Shown: positions 24,601 through 39,369, numbered from the stretch's first letter. The stretch: 64,000 nt of DNA from Vicugna vicugna (GCA_013265495.1 MU058584.1:685235-749234); one strand, 5' to 3'. The notes: generated by a model not told the origin, from the letters alone. Translations and numbers: made by a program.

Positions 24601-27600
24601 ACTTTAATGCTGTATATAGAGAAGACTAGGTGGAGTTGCCCACCTCAGTAAAAGATAGCAGTAGCTAAGAGAAATTATTTGCTGCATTTTAAAGGAATAA
24701 TAACAAAATTAGCCTCTTGCAATAAGGGATTGTATTTATTATGACTGGATGTCTTCCTTGTTTTGTGACCATCAGTGTAGCAACTCTTCAGAGAAAAATT
24801 CCCTCTCTGCTATGCCTTGAGCCAAAACTATGGCTGCTTTTAGAACAAAACCATAGATACCATTTTATTCATTCTTCTCCCTGTTTTCATTGAGACAAAT
24901 ACTGCCTTCTTTTTGGTACTCCAGCTGCTAAAGAGTGCTGAGCTACGTTAAATTAACCTTAAGAAAAAAAAAAAACAAAAAACTCGGAATCCTTACTTGA
25001 CTTGCCTTCTAGATTGCTGTTACTCATACTTAGATTTTAACCTTTGAGCTAATTTATTATAAGGAATGCTGCCAGAAACAGTGCTGCCATGTAGGGGAAG
25101 CTGGAGAGAAACTGGGCATAGGCTTGTCTCTGTCTTAGTGCACTGAGCTTTCACCCTGGTTGAGGCTTCAGTTACCTTTCTGGAATAAATTATAGTCAGA
25201 GTTACAGCATTCAGATGCTGTTTCATGGCTCGTTTGAGTTTATTCCTCAAATACAGGTAACTAGTATTTTGGCATCATTTTCTTCTTAGGTCTTATATTC
25301 TGACCTCATTAAATTAGGCCTGTCTTACACGATTTCTACTATTAGTTATACTTAGCACCATGACATTTTATTTTCTGTAATTTAATGAATATCAGCACCA
25401 TAGTAACTGATGGTAATTATAACATAGTTACTGAGTGAGGGAAAGAGGGTGACGCTCAGTAACCACATATTTTACCTGGACTTTTATACAAGGGTACGTG
25501 CTAGGCGGCTTTATTCAGGTTAGGGTACAGATGGAACGCATTATGACTTTTAGTCTGGTGGATGTAGACAGTCAAAGACTTAAGCAAGTGCCTTGTGTTT
25601 CCTGGAAAATATTAAAACTCATTTGGGTGAAAACTTCCCAGATGGTGGTAATTTATTGCACCTTTGCCTTTTCTTTGGAATAACTGATTGAGTCACGTAG
25701 TAGAAAACTCCAAAATTCTTTGGTGTACCTTTTTTTTTTTGGTATGTGTAAAACTATTTATATTTGATTTTTCCCCAGTATTACATATAACGAAAAGCCA
25801 GGGTTATCTGGCAGAATCTAATTCTTCCTTGGATCTGGTTCCATTTTTAATATTAGGTTCCTTCTTCAACTCTTACCACTCTCGCTCACTTGATATAAAT
25901 TATTTATTTCTTACCAAGTGTGGTCACAATACAGACCAGTCTTTCGTCGCAATTAGCTCAAAAAGAATTTCCATTTCTTAAGGTGCTCAGTAAATCACCT
26001 TTACTTTGAGATAGTAGCCTTTTGAAATTAGTGTTACTTTCTAGCTTTCTCAGTGAATATGAGAATGTTGAATCTGTATGATACAGAAGTCATCTGAGCC
26101 TCTTGTGGTATATTTGGATAAATTACATTTTCTTAGTTATAAAGGAACATGGATGTCTGCGTTTTTGAAGTACCCAAAGTTTTAAAGATTTTGTTTTGTA
26201 TTAGGTTAGCTGCTTCTCTGCCTGACACCATAGGATATATCATGTTTGTTATCTTAACCACTTCCCCCTTCCAGTGCTTTTCACGGCTTTTTAAATTGTA
26301 TAACAATCAGTAGATTCACACAGTGATGTGTAATTGACAAGTACTATGGATATTTAAGAAGAAGGTAAACAATTTACATTATTTTTGCTGTAATTTTATA
26401 GGAGAAATGGACTGTAAAAGAAATATCTATAAACCAGAGAGCATTTAGGAAATTGTATATTTTATAGGTGGTCATGAAGATGGTCTTCAGGATATAAGAT
26501 ATATTGTTTGCACAGCCTTTGTTCTTGTGATATGAAGTGTTTATTCATTTTCCTACAGCTCAGCACTTTCTTGTTCCTTATACTGCTTATGAGGATTAAT
26601 GTTTTAAATTTGCTTTATTTGTGCTTTTCAGAGAGTTATCATAATCATGGCAGTTACGTTTATGGCACCATAAATGCTGGAATTCATGGGAAATTTATCA
26701 AATGATTGCCTGAGTGTTATTTCCCATTAAATAGAGTAGCTATTACAATATCCTAAAGAAAACTGATGGCTTGTTTTGAAAGCCATGTATGTTTTACGAC
26801 CTAGGTTGGTGGTATTTTAATTTAAAGGCAAAGAGTCATTCTGTCTTACTTTGCCTTATCTGACCATGAATACTTCTTGTGCAGATAAGAGCTTCTTTTA
26901 TTATACTGTGTTAATGAAAATGTCATACTCTGAGGAAAAAAAAAAAACCTCAACCTCAAAACTGGAATTGTTAAATTTTTTGTTCCTTTTTGGGAAATCC
27001 TTATGTAAACATCATTGCTATTTGTTATTATCATAAACTCTTAATTGTCAGCAAGAGAATTATTCATAGTCACTTTTTTATTTCAGGTTGGAATTGCCTT
27101 CTCCTTCTAAGCTATTCCCTTAATAATATTCATGATGTCAGGACAGTGAGTGTTTAAAAGCAAATATAGTGAGGTGTTCTAAATCATGCACCCAAAATTG
27201 TGCATCTACAGACTCAAAATCTTTTCAGTTATTTGAATTATCTATAGCTCTATTATTTTATTAGCATGTGTTGTCAGAAGTCTGCCAAATTTAAGAGTAA
27301 AGAAGAGAAAGATAAATAATAAAACTAGAGGGATGAAGAGAAGAAAATCACTTCTTTATTGGTATTAGTAATCATCCATATAGTTTATAATCTAAAAATA
27401 TTTATTTTTAAAAATCCAGGTTTTGTACCTGTAACATAGAAACATTGCCTTTTCTATACATTCCTCCTTATTGTTTCCCCAGAAAATTATTTTAAAAGTA
27501 TATGAAACCAGATTAAATATCCATATTCAGTTTGGTCTAATTTTTAAAAATAAATATTTGATTTGGAGCTTTTGTGTATTTAGTATATATCAACACTCGT

Positions 27601-28670
27601 GCAAGTCAAGGATCAGCAGGAAGCTGGGGATTAGCCATCTCCGGATCTCCCTTTGCACACCGAGTGCCGTGGGTGACGCTAGTATGCACTGGCTGCAACC
27701 TCACAGCACCTTATGAAAGTAGGTAATGTTTATTATAATAAAAAAAAGTTAAGCTGCACCTCTGTAGGTTATTTACTTTGCTGAGTGTAAAGCTGTCATA
27801 TCTTTTCCAGCAGGATTTAACTCCTCATTCTTAATTTTTTGGGAAAAAAACTTAAGTAATTTAACATTCCTTTATATCCTCTCAACAGAGTCACATCTAG
27901 GGTAGAAAGGATCCCCCCCCAAAGGGCTCCATCTTTGTTATCTTTTGGTCACTCTTGGAAATCCAGTTATGATCAATAGATTTTAACAGCTTATGGCTTC
28001 CTATAGCAGCACTGGAGTGGTTGGTTGTGATTATTAAAACCTACTACTGGTTTCCCTCAATAACATGTAATTGCTATGCTTTTGATTAGAAGGTATGGTT
28101 AGAAAAAATGTGAACGATCACTTAAACCAAAGCCAGTTATAAGGAGTCTTCTCTCCTGTTGGTTTACCTTCACCTCAGAACTACAAGAACATTACAGTAC
28201 ATACTGAGTAGTTGTCTAGCGTTTCTACCAGCTGTTTCAATAGCATATTGGTCTTGGCATTTCTTGGCGCTATGGTTCTCTGTTCTTGGTGATGTCTTAT
28301 TGTTTGTGAGGTTTTTTTAATAACTAAGTGGGACTATAAATGTAGATGTGTATCAGTACCAAGGAGGTCTTTTCTCAAATCTCTGTATTTCTGATTTCTA
28401 TTCAAGTCTTTTAAACCTGTTTTTTCTTGCCTAGTAGCAAAGAATTTTTATTTTCCACTTTCCTATATACCTAAAAGTATGGACACTGCGATTCAGTTAA
28501 CTGTATTGCATATAGTTTTTTGCTGAAAACTTTATCTGTAAACACAATTGCCTTGTTCAGTTTTGTTGTAAACTGACTTACCGTAAGATGCACTGTTGAT
28601 ATGCTTTCTGATGTGTGTTTGTTTGATAAGAGTGATAAAATAAAGCTTAAAAATAAAGGCATTGCTTTTT
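21699..28670 (+). other. UHMK1: UHMK1 long 3'UTR (~7 kb)
   Basis: AT-rich stretch with few recognisable repeats after the stop codon, ending at tandem AATAAA; fits the long UHMK1 mRNA as recalled. Confidence 0.7.
28639..28657 (+). terminator. UHMK1: Distal polyadenylation signals (AATAAA x2)
   Basis: AATAAA at 28639-28644 and 28652-28657, followed by T-rich downstream sequence; recognisable repeats resume after ~29 kb. Confidence 0.7.
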
Positions 28671-29980
28671 TTATTTCAACTATTTCTGTATTTAGTATAA
28701 CTATTCACATTTAGATAACAGGTAAGTATACTTATTTTATGATTTAATTTTTACCAAGAGCTACCATTGAAAAATTTCCATGTTGCTTCATTCGTCCATT
28801 TCTAAAAAATAAAATTTTTTCATTTTTGAAAATAGTGCATCAAGCTGACAGTAATGAAATGTAATTTTTTATTTTGGAATGCATGTTCTTAATACTATAG
28901 AAACAACCTTGTCTCATGAAAAGAACCAGAATTCGTAGTTGGGAGGTTTGTGTTCTAATCTTGGTTCTTTTGTCAAGTTGAGTGATGTAGTATCTGTCAG
29001 TACGAGATAGTAGGTTGAATGATAATAAACAAGCATCAATTGTGGGCATCTCCTAGATGATGGTATTATTTTAGATAATTATGTTTAATGCTGCCTTTTA
29101 CATATGAAGACTGGGGTCCAAGTAGGTTAAATAAACTTGCCCAACATTTCATATGACTTAGAGGTGAGTGGTGTGTTTTTTAGGAAGCCTATGGCTGCTC
29201 ATTATGAGAAATTGAAGGGAAAGAGACTGTTGAGAGGGATACCCTAAGAGATGTTTTAAGAGCTCAGACTAGAGAAAATGGGCGTTTAAATGAGTAGTTC
29301 TCACACTTAGCATATAACAGGATCACCTGGGAGGTCTTGTTAAAATACAGACTGCTGGATGCCACTCATAGAGTTTATGACTCTAGTTCTTGCAGGGTCT
29401 GAGAACTTGCATTGATAACAAATTCGCAAGTCCTGCTGCTGCTGCTGGTCTGGAGACCACACTTTGAAAAGCAATGGTCCAAACAAAGGACTTGGGTTGT
29501 AGGATTAAAAAGCAGAAGCAGGCCAGATTCCACAGCTACTTGGGAATCATTCTCAACCCCTCCTTCTCCCTGATGGGAACTAACCGAGCACTTACTTTGT
29601 GCCAGACACTGTGCTAAATTTCCTTTTGTGCATTAATTGTTTGTTTTCTCCCCCAACACTTTTTAATCCTCATAAGCCTATGAGGAGTGGCTAGTATTCA
29701 CTTCATTTTCTGGTTGGGGAAATGGACTTCCAGATTATTTTACTTCTTATGGTTGCACAGTGGGTAAATGAATGCCTGGCTCTAAAATAGCTCTCTTAAC
29801 ACCACTGTGCTAGACTGCTTTCCAGTCAACCCAGTAATTCCTCTCTGATACATCTTCCCTTTTTCATTTCCTCTGATACTACTTATTTAGTCCTTGATCT
29901 CTCCTCCTTACTCTAGCTCCTAACAGGATCCTCATCTCTAGTCTCATGCCCTCCAGTCTCTACTTCACAATGCTGACAAA

Positions 29981-31243
29981 GTTTTTTTTGGGTACATATA
30001 TATATTTTTTTTTACTGAAGTATAGTCAGTTTGCAATGTTGTGTTAATTTCTGGTGTACAGCATAATTCTTCAGTCATACGTGAACATACATATGCTCAT
30101 TTTCATATTCTTTCTCACCATAAGTTACGGTATCGAATATAGTTCCCTGTGCTATAAGCATGAACGTGTTTATCTATTCTATATATATATCAGTTAGTGT
30201 CTGCAGATCTCTAACTCTCAGTTTATCTCCTCCCACCTCCCTCCCCTGTGGTAACCACAGTTTGTTTTCTCTGTCTGTGAGTCTGTTTCTGTTTTGTAAG
30301 TTCATTTGTGTCTTTTTTTTTTTTTAGATTCTGCATATAAGTGATATCATACGGTATTTTTCTTTCTCTTTCTGCCTTATTTTACTTAGAATGACAATCG
30401 CCAAGTCCATCCATGTTGCTGCAAATGGCATTATTTTATTCTTTTTTTTTATGGCTGAGAGTATTCCATTGTATAAATATACCACATCTTCTTTATCCAG
30501 TCATCTGTCGATGGACATTTAGGTTGTTTCCATGTCTTGGCTATTGTAAACAGTGCTGCTATGAACATTGGGGTGCATGTATCTTTTTGAATTAAAGTTC
30601 CCTCTGGATATACGCCCAGGAGTGGGATTGCTGGATCATATGGTAAGTCTATTTTTAGTCTTTTGAGGAATCTCCATACTGTTTCCCATAATGGCTTCAT
30701 CAAACTACATTCCCACCAACAGTGTAGGAGGGTTCCCTTTTCTCCACACTGTCTCCAGCATTTATAGTTTGTGGATTTATGAGTGATGGCCATTCTGACT
30801 AGTGTGAGATGATACCGCATTACAGTTTTGATATGCATTTCTCTGATAATTGGTGACACTGAGCATTTTTTCATGTGCCTAATGGCCATTTGTATTTCTT
30901 CATTGGAGAATTTCTTGTTTAGGTCTTCTGCCCATTTTTGGATTGGGTTGTTTGTTTTTTTCTTATTAAGCTGTATGAGCTGTTTATATATTTTTGAAAT
31001 TAAGCCCTTGTCAGTCTCATATTTGCAAATATTTTCTCCCATTCAATAGTCTTTTTGTTTTGCTTATTATGGTTTCCTTTGCTGTGCAAAAGCTTATAAG
31101 TTTAATTAGGTCCCATTGGTTTATTTTTGCTTTTATTTCTATTGCCTGGGTAGACTGCCCTATGCGAACATTGCTGAGATTTATGTCAGATAATGTTTTG
31201 CCTATGTTTTCTTCTAAGAAGTTTATAGTGTCTTGTCTCATGT
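29981..31243 (-). mobile_element. 5'-truncated LINE-1 (3'UTR + ORF2 C-terminus)
   Basis: Minus ORFs 30449-31042 and 31017-31241 encode L1 ORF2 C-terminal motifs ([52 protein letters not shown]). Confidence 0.95.
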
Positions 31244-33265
31244 TTGACAGTTTTCATTCTTAAAAAAATAAGCCTGACCATGCTACTCCCTGCTTCAAAA
31301 TCCTTCACTTTATTCCCTATCTCTTTTCCTACCCGTTTGCCTTTAAAATAATATCTAATCCCCTCAGATTGGCATATAAATTTCCCTAATCTAGCTCCAC
31401 CTACAAATCCTCTGCATTTCCTCGCTCTGTACTTTGTGCTCCATCTGTACTAAATTACCCATTTTTCTACAAATTAACATATGTTTTCCTGTTTCTGAGC
31501 CTCTTACCAAAATGCCATTTAATTTTCTGTCCCCTCACCTTACCTGTGTGATGAAATCCTGTTTCTCTTTTAAAACAGATCAGTTGTCACCTTCTTGAGT
31601 TATCTTCCCTAGACTCCACCCCAACTTCCCACCTCCCCCAAACAGCATTAATACTTCTTTGCCAACTCTGTAATCTGTCTGCATGTATTTCCAATATGGT
31701 CAGACTTACCGTTTTGTTTTGCCCCAAGTGCACTCCTTGAAAATTTAATACATACTAATTGCTAACAATGTACAGAACCACAATAGATTTTTTAAAAATT
31801 ATGTTTCTAATGACATCTTTTCTTATAAATTCCATGTTCAACAAAACTTTGACAGAATTGAAGTATGTTTCCTTCCTGTCTTTCTTCTACGTCGCTAAAT
31901 ATGGATTTGGGGCAGAGGAATGACATGCTGAAAATGGTATATGTTTCAGGGCCTAAACTTTAAAAATATTTTAACGGAATGTGTGACTTTAAAAGAAAAA
32001 GGAGGGAACAAGTAAGATCCAAATGTCCCAGTGATCATTTAATAAAAAATAAACTTTTTATTACACAAAGTTCCATGACAAATAATGCTTAACACATGTT
32101 TGGAAATCATCCCAGACAAAATCCCAAGGCCACTGCTGGTCTATGAGGCGTGGCAAAGTTTTGATTCAGTGAGGCTGGTCCTCATTTGTAGCTCTTCAAT
32201 GGCTCCCCAAGGTTCAGCAGCATTTTCCAAACTTCCCTGGTCAAAATTTACCTGGGGTGTTGGTTAAAAATAGAGATTTCTAAGTTACTCCTTCCACTGG
32301 ATCAGTAAATTTGTGGTAGAACCTGATCATCTGTGTTTAACAAAATCTTTTTTTAATTAAAAGTATAGTTGATTTACAATGTTGTGTTAGTTTCTGATGT
32401 GCAGCATAGTGATCAGTCACAGATTTATATATCCATATGCTACTCCTTCCTTGAGGCCCCAGTGAATCTTGTGTTCCACATCTAATAGAATTTCTTCACA
32501 CTAAATAACATTTCTCTGTTTCTTCCCATTGCATGTGAGGCCTTTAAGAGCAGTTACTGTGTCTTATTTACCTTACAGCTAAAAGGACATATGTATTAAT
32601 AGGAAAGCTATATTATTTCTGTCAGGGAAGGAGGGAGCCAAAAAAAAAATGATACCCCTTTTCTCTGAACCAAGTCCTGAACTTATTGAAATAAAGTAGT
32701 CAGGCAAATGGAGATCAAATGGCTACTATTTACTGATAATACAGCTGGAGAATGCAGTTTTGGTGCATGGTGACAAACTTTTTAATATTGCATCACAGAA
32801 TTAGACAGACTTACCACCCAGTGACAGCCTCTCCTGGCAAGAGCAGAGTATTTACTACTAAGCTTACTAAATGGTTGACATTCACAGAAAGCATGTTCTT
32901 TCCAAAGAAAAGAGTTATGGATGTCCAGTTCCTAGTCCTGAATTTACCCATCAGTTCACTGCTGTTCCTCTGGTGATGAGTGGGTGAGGAGATAGAGTGA
33001 TGGCAAGTGAGACTCTAAAGGAGCTCCTTGCATGTGGAACAGCAAGAGTGAGGACTAAATGAACAGTTTGAGTCAGCGAGGGCTCCCAGTTGGTGGTAAA
33101 GCACTCTCTTCTTATCACTGCTACGTATCCATCAAGGGTCTCAGCATGACTTTCAGATTGTAGCCAAGAAAGAGAACTTAGAGGCTGGTGCCCTGATGAT
33201 AGGTTAACATGAAGCTACAGCCCCTGACCTAGGCTGCTTCAAAGTGGTGATTTGGGTTCACTTAC

Positions 33266-33358
33266 ATGGTTTCGGCAAATTGGCATTCTGGCACTCAGAG
33301 TGGCTTCCATCCACTTATTCATGTATCTGTTCATGCACGTGAAACAATCATTTTCTTC
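33266..33358 (-). pseudogene. Pseudo-exon (93 nt, open)
   Basis: cctttcctttggatag|GAA...CAT|gtaagtg; EENDCFTCMNRYMNKWMEATLSARMPICRNH; symmetric phase 0. Confidence 0.5.
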
Positions 33359-33387
33359 CTATCCAAAGGAAAGGGGGGAGGGGGAGA

Positions 33388-33513
33388 GGGGAGGGTATAG
33401 CTCAAGTGATAGAATGCATACCTAGCAGGCACAAGGTCCTGGGTTCAATCCTCAGTATCTCCTCTAAAAATAAATAAATAGACCCAATTACCTCCCCCAC
33501 CAAAAGAAAAAAA
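33388..33513 (+). mobile_element. tRNA-derived SINE (camelid Vic-1-like)
   Basis: ggggagggtatagctcaagtgatagaatgc...gtcctgggttcaatcc...aaataaataaa; TSD caaaggaaagg at 33364-33374 and 33517-33527. Confidence 0.85.
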
Positions 33514-34653
33514 TATCAAAGGAAAGGTTGGAAAGTCAGCTAATTGGTTAACCCTTAGGAAAAGAGAAGATCTGGCAAGTCCTGGTGATGTTGCAACATT
33601 GGTTGAAATTACAAGTGGACATAATGACCAAGGGTTAAGGAACTGAAGGTTCTTTTCCTTTTTAATGCCTGTTCTTTTTAATGCTGTATTTCCTTCAATA
33701 TCTTTTCGGACATAGCATCAGGACCTTCTGCCTGCTTACAAAGGCCAAGTTACTAGGGGAAAAGACAGGGATAAGCAGATGCCATACTTCTGTGTGTGTG
33801 CGAGAGAGAAAGAGAGAGAGATACAGAGAGACAGAAAAAGACCATATTAGAGATTTAAGGACCAGACAAAGGAGGTGACTTGGAAATGAAGACAGACAGG
33901 TAAGTTTGGGTGATGAGGGATTGTATGATTCTCCGTTGCTGTTTTGGAGTTTGAGAGATTTCATCACACTAACTCTGTGACTTAAGCAAGCTGCTTAAAC
34001 TCTACAAGCCTTGGTTACCTCATTTGTAACAGAGATAATAGTTGTATCTACATCATAAAATTGTTAGGATGACTAAATGAGCTAATTCACATGAAATGCC
34101 CCAGTAACATTTTTTTTTGTTTGTTTGCTTTTGCTTTGTTCTCATCATCATCCTAATTACTCTTATCACGTCAGGCTATAAGTTGAAATTTTCAAAGCTT
34201 TTTTTTTTTTTTTCAGTATTATCTCCATTTTTCTGACCATGCTGGTTTAATACACAGTTCGTCTTGACCATATTTAAAGTAAGAAACATCCTAAATAGCA
34301 GGAATTTTTTTTTGTGGCAAATCCATATTTTTTATTTCTAACAAGTTTGCATTTGGAAAACTCATTTCTACTTGCAGTTGTGGAAAATATGCCAACTATG
34401 ATGGGTCCAGAAGTATAGTTAAAGCTTTTTCCTTCTTCTCTCTTATTACTGTTAGTATTCTTTTAAATTCTTAAGCCTAAGTAATGATTTAAGTATAAAC
34501 TATATATTCTTTACCCTTTGATGTTGGGGGCAAAAAATAAGTACTGCAACCATCAAATTTTTATTTTGTAGAAAATTATTATATTTTAAGGTTAACCTCA
34601 TTAATATAATTTGCTGTCAGGTAGGTCTAAATGAAGATTTGGGCAAGATTTTT

Positions 34654-36005
34654 TTCAATTTTTATTGAGGTATAGTCAGTTTACAATGTTGTGTCAACTT
34701 CTGGTGTACAGCATAATGTTTCAGTCATGCATGAACACACATATATTCATTTTCATATTCTTTTTCATTTACTACAGGATATTGAACATAGTTCCCTGTA
34801 CTATACAGAAGAAACTTGTTGTATGTATATTTTATATATAGTGGTTAGTATCTGCAAATCTCAAACTCCCAATTTATCCCTTCCCACCCCTTTTCCCCTG
34901 GAAACCATAAGTTTGTTTTCTGTGTCTATGAATCTGTTTCTGTTTTGTAAATAAGTTCATTTGTGTCTTTTTTTTTTTTAGATTCAATGTATGAATGATA
35001 AAGTATTTTTCTTTCTCTTTCTGGCTTACTTCACTTAGAATGATGATCTTCAGGTCCATCCATGTTGCTGCAAATGGCATTGTTTTATTCTTTTTTATGG
35101 CTGAGTAGTATTCCATTGTATGAATATACCACATCTTCTTTATCCAGTCATCTGTCAATGGACATTTAGGTTGTTTCCATGTCTTGGATATTGTAAATAG
35201 TACTGCTGTGAACTTTGGGGTGCATGTATCTTTTTGAATTATCATTCCCTCCAGATACATGTCCAAGAGTAGGATTGCTGGATCATATGGTAAGTCTATT
35301 TTAAGTCTTTCGAGGGATCTCCATACTGTTTTCCATAATGGCTGCACCAAACCACACTCCCAGTGTAGGAGTGTTCCCTTTTCTCCACACCCTCTCCGGC
35401 ATGTATCATTTGTGGACTTTTGAATGATGGCCATTCTGACTGGTGTCAGGTGATACCTCATTATAGTTTTGATTTACATTTTATGATAATTAGTGATATT
35501 GAGCATTTTTTCATGTACCTATTGGCCATTTGTATGTCTTCATTGGCGAATTCCTTGTTTAGGTCTTCTGCCCATTTTGGATTTGGTTGCTTGTTTTTTG
35601 TTATTAAGCTGTATGAGCTGTTCATATATATATTCTGGAAATTAAGCTCTTGTCAGCTGCATCATTTGCAAATATTTTCTCCCATTCTATAGGTTGTCTT
35701 TTTGTTTTGCTTATGGTTTCCTTTGCTATGCAAAAGCTTACAAGTTTAATTAGGTCCCATTGGTTTATTTTTGCTTTTATTTCTATTGCTTGGCTATATA
35801 CTGCCCTAGGAGAACTTTGCTAAGATTTGTATCACCAAATGTTTTGCCTATATTTTTTTCTAGGAGGTTTATAGTGTCTTATGTTTAAGTCTTTGATCCA
35901 TTTTCAGTTTATTTTATGTGTGGTGTGAGGGAGTGTTCTAACTTCACTGATTTACATGCACTTCTCCAATTTTCCCAATGCTACTTGCTAAAGAGACTGT
36001 CGTTT
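34654..36005 (-). mobile_element. 5'-truncated LINE-1 with 18-bp TSD
   Basis: ORF2 C-terminal ORF 34874-35461; TSD gatttgggcaagattttt at 34636-34653 and 36006-36023; same subfamily as 29981-31243. Confidence 0.95.
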
Positions 36006-37421
36006 GATTTGGGCAAGATTTTTGTTTGGGGTTTTAATATTATTTTTCCTTTCAAAGACTGTAAACTCTTTCCTTTCTTTTTAGTTTATAGCTTTGTGAA
36101 CGAGGATTATTACTTTAGGATGAGAAACTCAGTAAGTTGGCTGATGACTAATTTATGAAAAATATTTTACTGTTAATGTAGGTGTGGGCCTATGTGGGCC
36201 AACTGTTTCTTAAGCTATTGGTTTAACATGTCACAAGAAAAATTTTGTGGCCTAATTCAGATGGTCTATCCCCAGCATAGCCAGAATTTCTAGTCTTAAG
36301 TCTCTCTTTAATTACACTTTTCACAACTGGCTTCAACAAAGCTGAACAATTCTGTAGATATGCCCCACATACACATGCTCTGTGTAGACAGACGACATAC
36401 ACTGCTTGGACAAAATTCACACTTAGTTCATTGCTCATGATATTTCTTTGAGTTCCAGGAATATGATCTGGGACGCTAATTTTCTAGAGAAAACAAAAAA
36501 TACACACAGAGGCTGGTAATGTCTGGTGTCAGAGGGTATGAATGGTCTCTGACTACAACATGTTTCAACCTTCCGGTCGCCTGAGCTCATAGACCTCTCA
36601 TTATTCTTGCATCACATCACCTCAGCCCTCCTGAGGTTCCCTAGCAACATAGAAACTTGAAACTCTGTTTGTAGAAAGACAAAGTTCTTAATCAAGGTTA
36701 AGTACAATAACTGTGATCTGTGTTAGAACAAACCAACGAATGCTCACGGCCCATCTACAGAAGAGGGCACATTTGCCAGACCACAATGAGTTAGCAGCCG
36801 AGCGTGCTGGATAACACAGCCCTTCTCTTTCTAGTCTAGGGAATTTATATGATATGTGAAATAATATTTTTTCTATCCGAAGATACTGTTTATAATAAAA
36901 TGGGCACTGTATTAAAAAAAATCTAGATAGAATGAAGATCCTAGATATAAGTTCTGAGCAAGAAACCAGGGAATCCCCAATCATTTTAGCAGAGTTTTGA
37001 GGTGGCTGTCACAGATTGCAAAAATATTACAATTTTACAAGCTGCGTTTTACAGCTCCAGATAAAATTCATCTTTTCTTTGGGGAAGCAATTTAATAGGT
37101 GTTTGGGCTACATAAAGGTATTACTCAGAGCTAGTGCTTGGAAGTAAGGAGCCAAACTGTTCTGTTTATCCAGGATTGTGTTCCTTGGGTACAGACAATG
37201 CTGAGTGGTCACCTGATTTTCTGCTTGTGGAGAAGGAACCCGAAGACATGAAACTGGGATTATTTTGTTTGGGTATCAAAAATATGTTGCTCTTAGGAAG
37301 CTGAAAACCTACAGTGCAGCCAGGGCACATGTTGGGTCCATTTGAGATAGTTTGGAACTCTGGTACAGTTTCCACATGTGTTTAGACTGATCACTTCCCC
37401 AGAACTCAGTCATATCCTCAC

Positions 37422-37813
37422 CATGGCTACCGAATGGGTTTTTAAAGTCCGCACTGACTGATCAATCAACCTCTCCTTCCACGCCCCCCTCTTCCTCAGT
37501 TCTTCCATTCTCTTATAGCCTCTACCTTCAAAGTCCCTCAACTGAGCGGCCCCACAGCTACTGTCCTCTTGGGAAGTTTCAGTCCCGTCTACTGGAGAAG
37601 GAACTTTTTCTTCTCAGTCGCTTCTTCAGCATCTCGGGGGAACGTCCTAGGCTTTGGTCTGATGGTAATGATGACTCCCTTCCACTCAGACTGTGTCAGC
37701 TCCTGGGGGAAGGGGAGCCAGCCGTCCTTTCTGGACTGAGGGTCATGGAGATGCTCCAGTTGCAACTGTTTCCCCATCTGCAAGAGCAGCCAATGATTTC
37801 CTACTGACTTCAC
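37422..37813 (-). pseudogene. Large pseudo-exon (392 nt)
   Basis: tttttttag|GT...ATG|gtgagg; one frame with five stops, all TGA/TAG (consistent with C>T decay), ending QEDSSC...EELRKRGAWKERLIDQ vs recalled QEMCYVC...EERRREIEDERLIQQ. Confidence 0.6.
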
Positions 37814-39369
37814 CTAAAAAAATGAGCAAAGCTCAGACTATCCAAGAACAGCACTTACTTATTTCCCCCTTGGGAACATTATATCTAAAAGTTAAAAAAC
37901 AAGACAAAACATTAGAGGTTGCTATTGATAGCTGTTTATTTTAAATAACACACCCTTGGTTGTTGAAGATTTGCTTTTTCCTGGGCCTAGCTGTAAATTA
38001 CTTTTGGTTTCCTATGTAAAAAAAAAAAAAAAAGTGGGGGAGAAGCACCAGCTTAAATTAAAACTCTTTTCTTCTCTAGTCCAAGTTTTCCTCTGATGGC
38101 AGTCACTGTAAACAATAATTTTTAAGGGCATAGGATCACTTCAGGGGCACGTTCACAGTTTAAAAAAGTTGATTTTAGGCCTACTATTTCACAATATGCA
38201 CCTAAAACATGGAAATTTACCTATGGTTATAAATAACTAAAGGATTTGCATACATTATTCAATCAAATTTTGTATTACATTTATCCAAATGTACTTTGCT
38301 GTACATAACAAATGTCAAGTTAATATATTTAATAATGAATTTCTGGAAATCTGCCAATCTTACAATGATCCTATTTAGGGCATGGTTCATAGATACTTTT
38401 ATTGGATCAATTGTGAACAGAATGGGTGATGGAAAAATTGACCAAAATAATTATTAGGAAATGTTCTTAAATTTCTGTGGTCAGAAAACTTTCAAGCACA
38501 TAATTGGAAATATTTCATATTGTTTGTTAATGTATACATTCCTCATCGTAAAAATAATCCAAACCAGCTATAATCAGATGCTATATCAATGTCACCATCG
38601 GCCATTTGGAAAGTTTCATTTATATTCTTCAATTTCTAAGTTTCTTTTTTATCAAATTACTATTTCTGTGTACTAAATTGGGGCCTAAAGCTGCATCTTT
38701 TATGGCTAACAACAAATAACAATTATTTAAACATTGTTTAAACAAAAAATGATGATTTCCAAGCAAAATACTAAAACTTTTTAAAAATAGTTACTATAGA
38801 ACCTAATACTAATAGGATAGTATATTCAAAGACAAATAAACATGTAAAAGGAAAAATCAATTTTTAAAAATCACAGATATCAGTAGAATTCTATCCTGAT
38901 GTAATTTAATGAGGGAGTCTGATGAGAAGAAGAGAGTCTGTATATTCATTTCAATCAAAAGGATTTACCCTATTCTTTGATGGCTTGTTTATATTTTATC
39001 AGGCATTCATTATAACAGCTGAAAATATAGTTCAACTGAATTTATCCTTTTTCAATCAAGAGAAAAATCCAGAATCTTTTTTAAAACCAGCCTTACGGCC
39101 AAGAAAAAACCTAGCCCTAAGTTACTTGAGTGGTATACCAGAAGTTCATGGACTCATAAGCAAACCCCTGGATGTCTTTTCCAGAACTTGAGGGTGAGGA
39201 GTGAGCTCAGCTAGGGCAGGGTGTGGCATCCAAACTAAGTCAGGATTTCAGAGGAGAAGGCACTGGTCCTCCCACTTCCCTGGGGAGGGGAGGGGTGGTG
39301 GTGGTTTAAAAAGTACTTTAACATAATTGTTAATAAGAACTGTTTTATGTGGCAGGTCCTTGGGGTGAT

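Noticed and set aside
33388..33465. tRNA gene (also 12848-12918)
   Set aside because: A/B boxes are followed by SINE body, AT-rich tail and TSD; these are SINEs.
38530..38640. Additional pseudo-exon (KLKNINETFQM)
   Set aside because: Position fits the pseudogene order, but splice sites and similarity are too weak to call.
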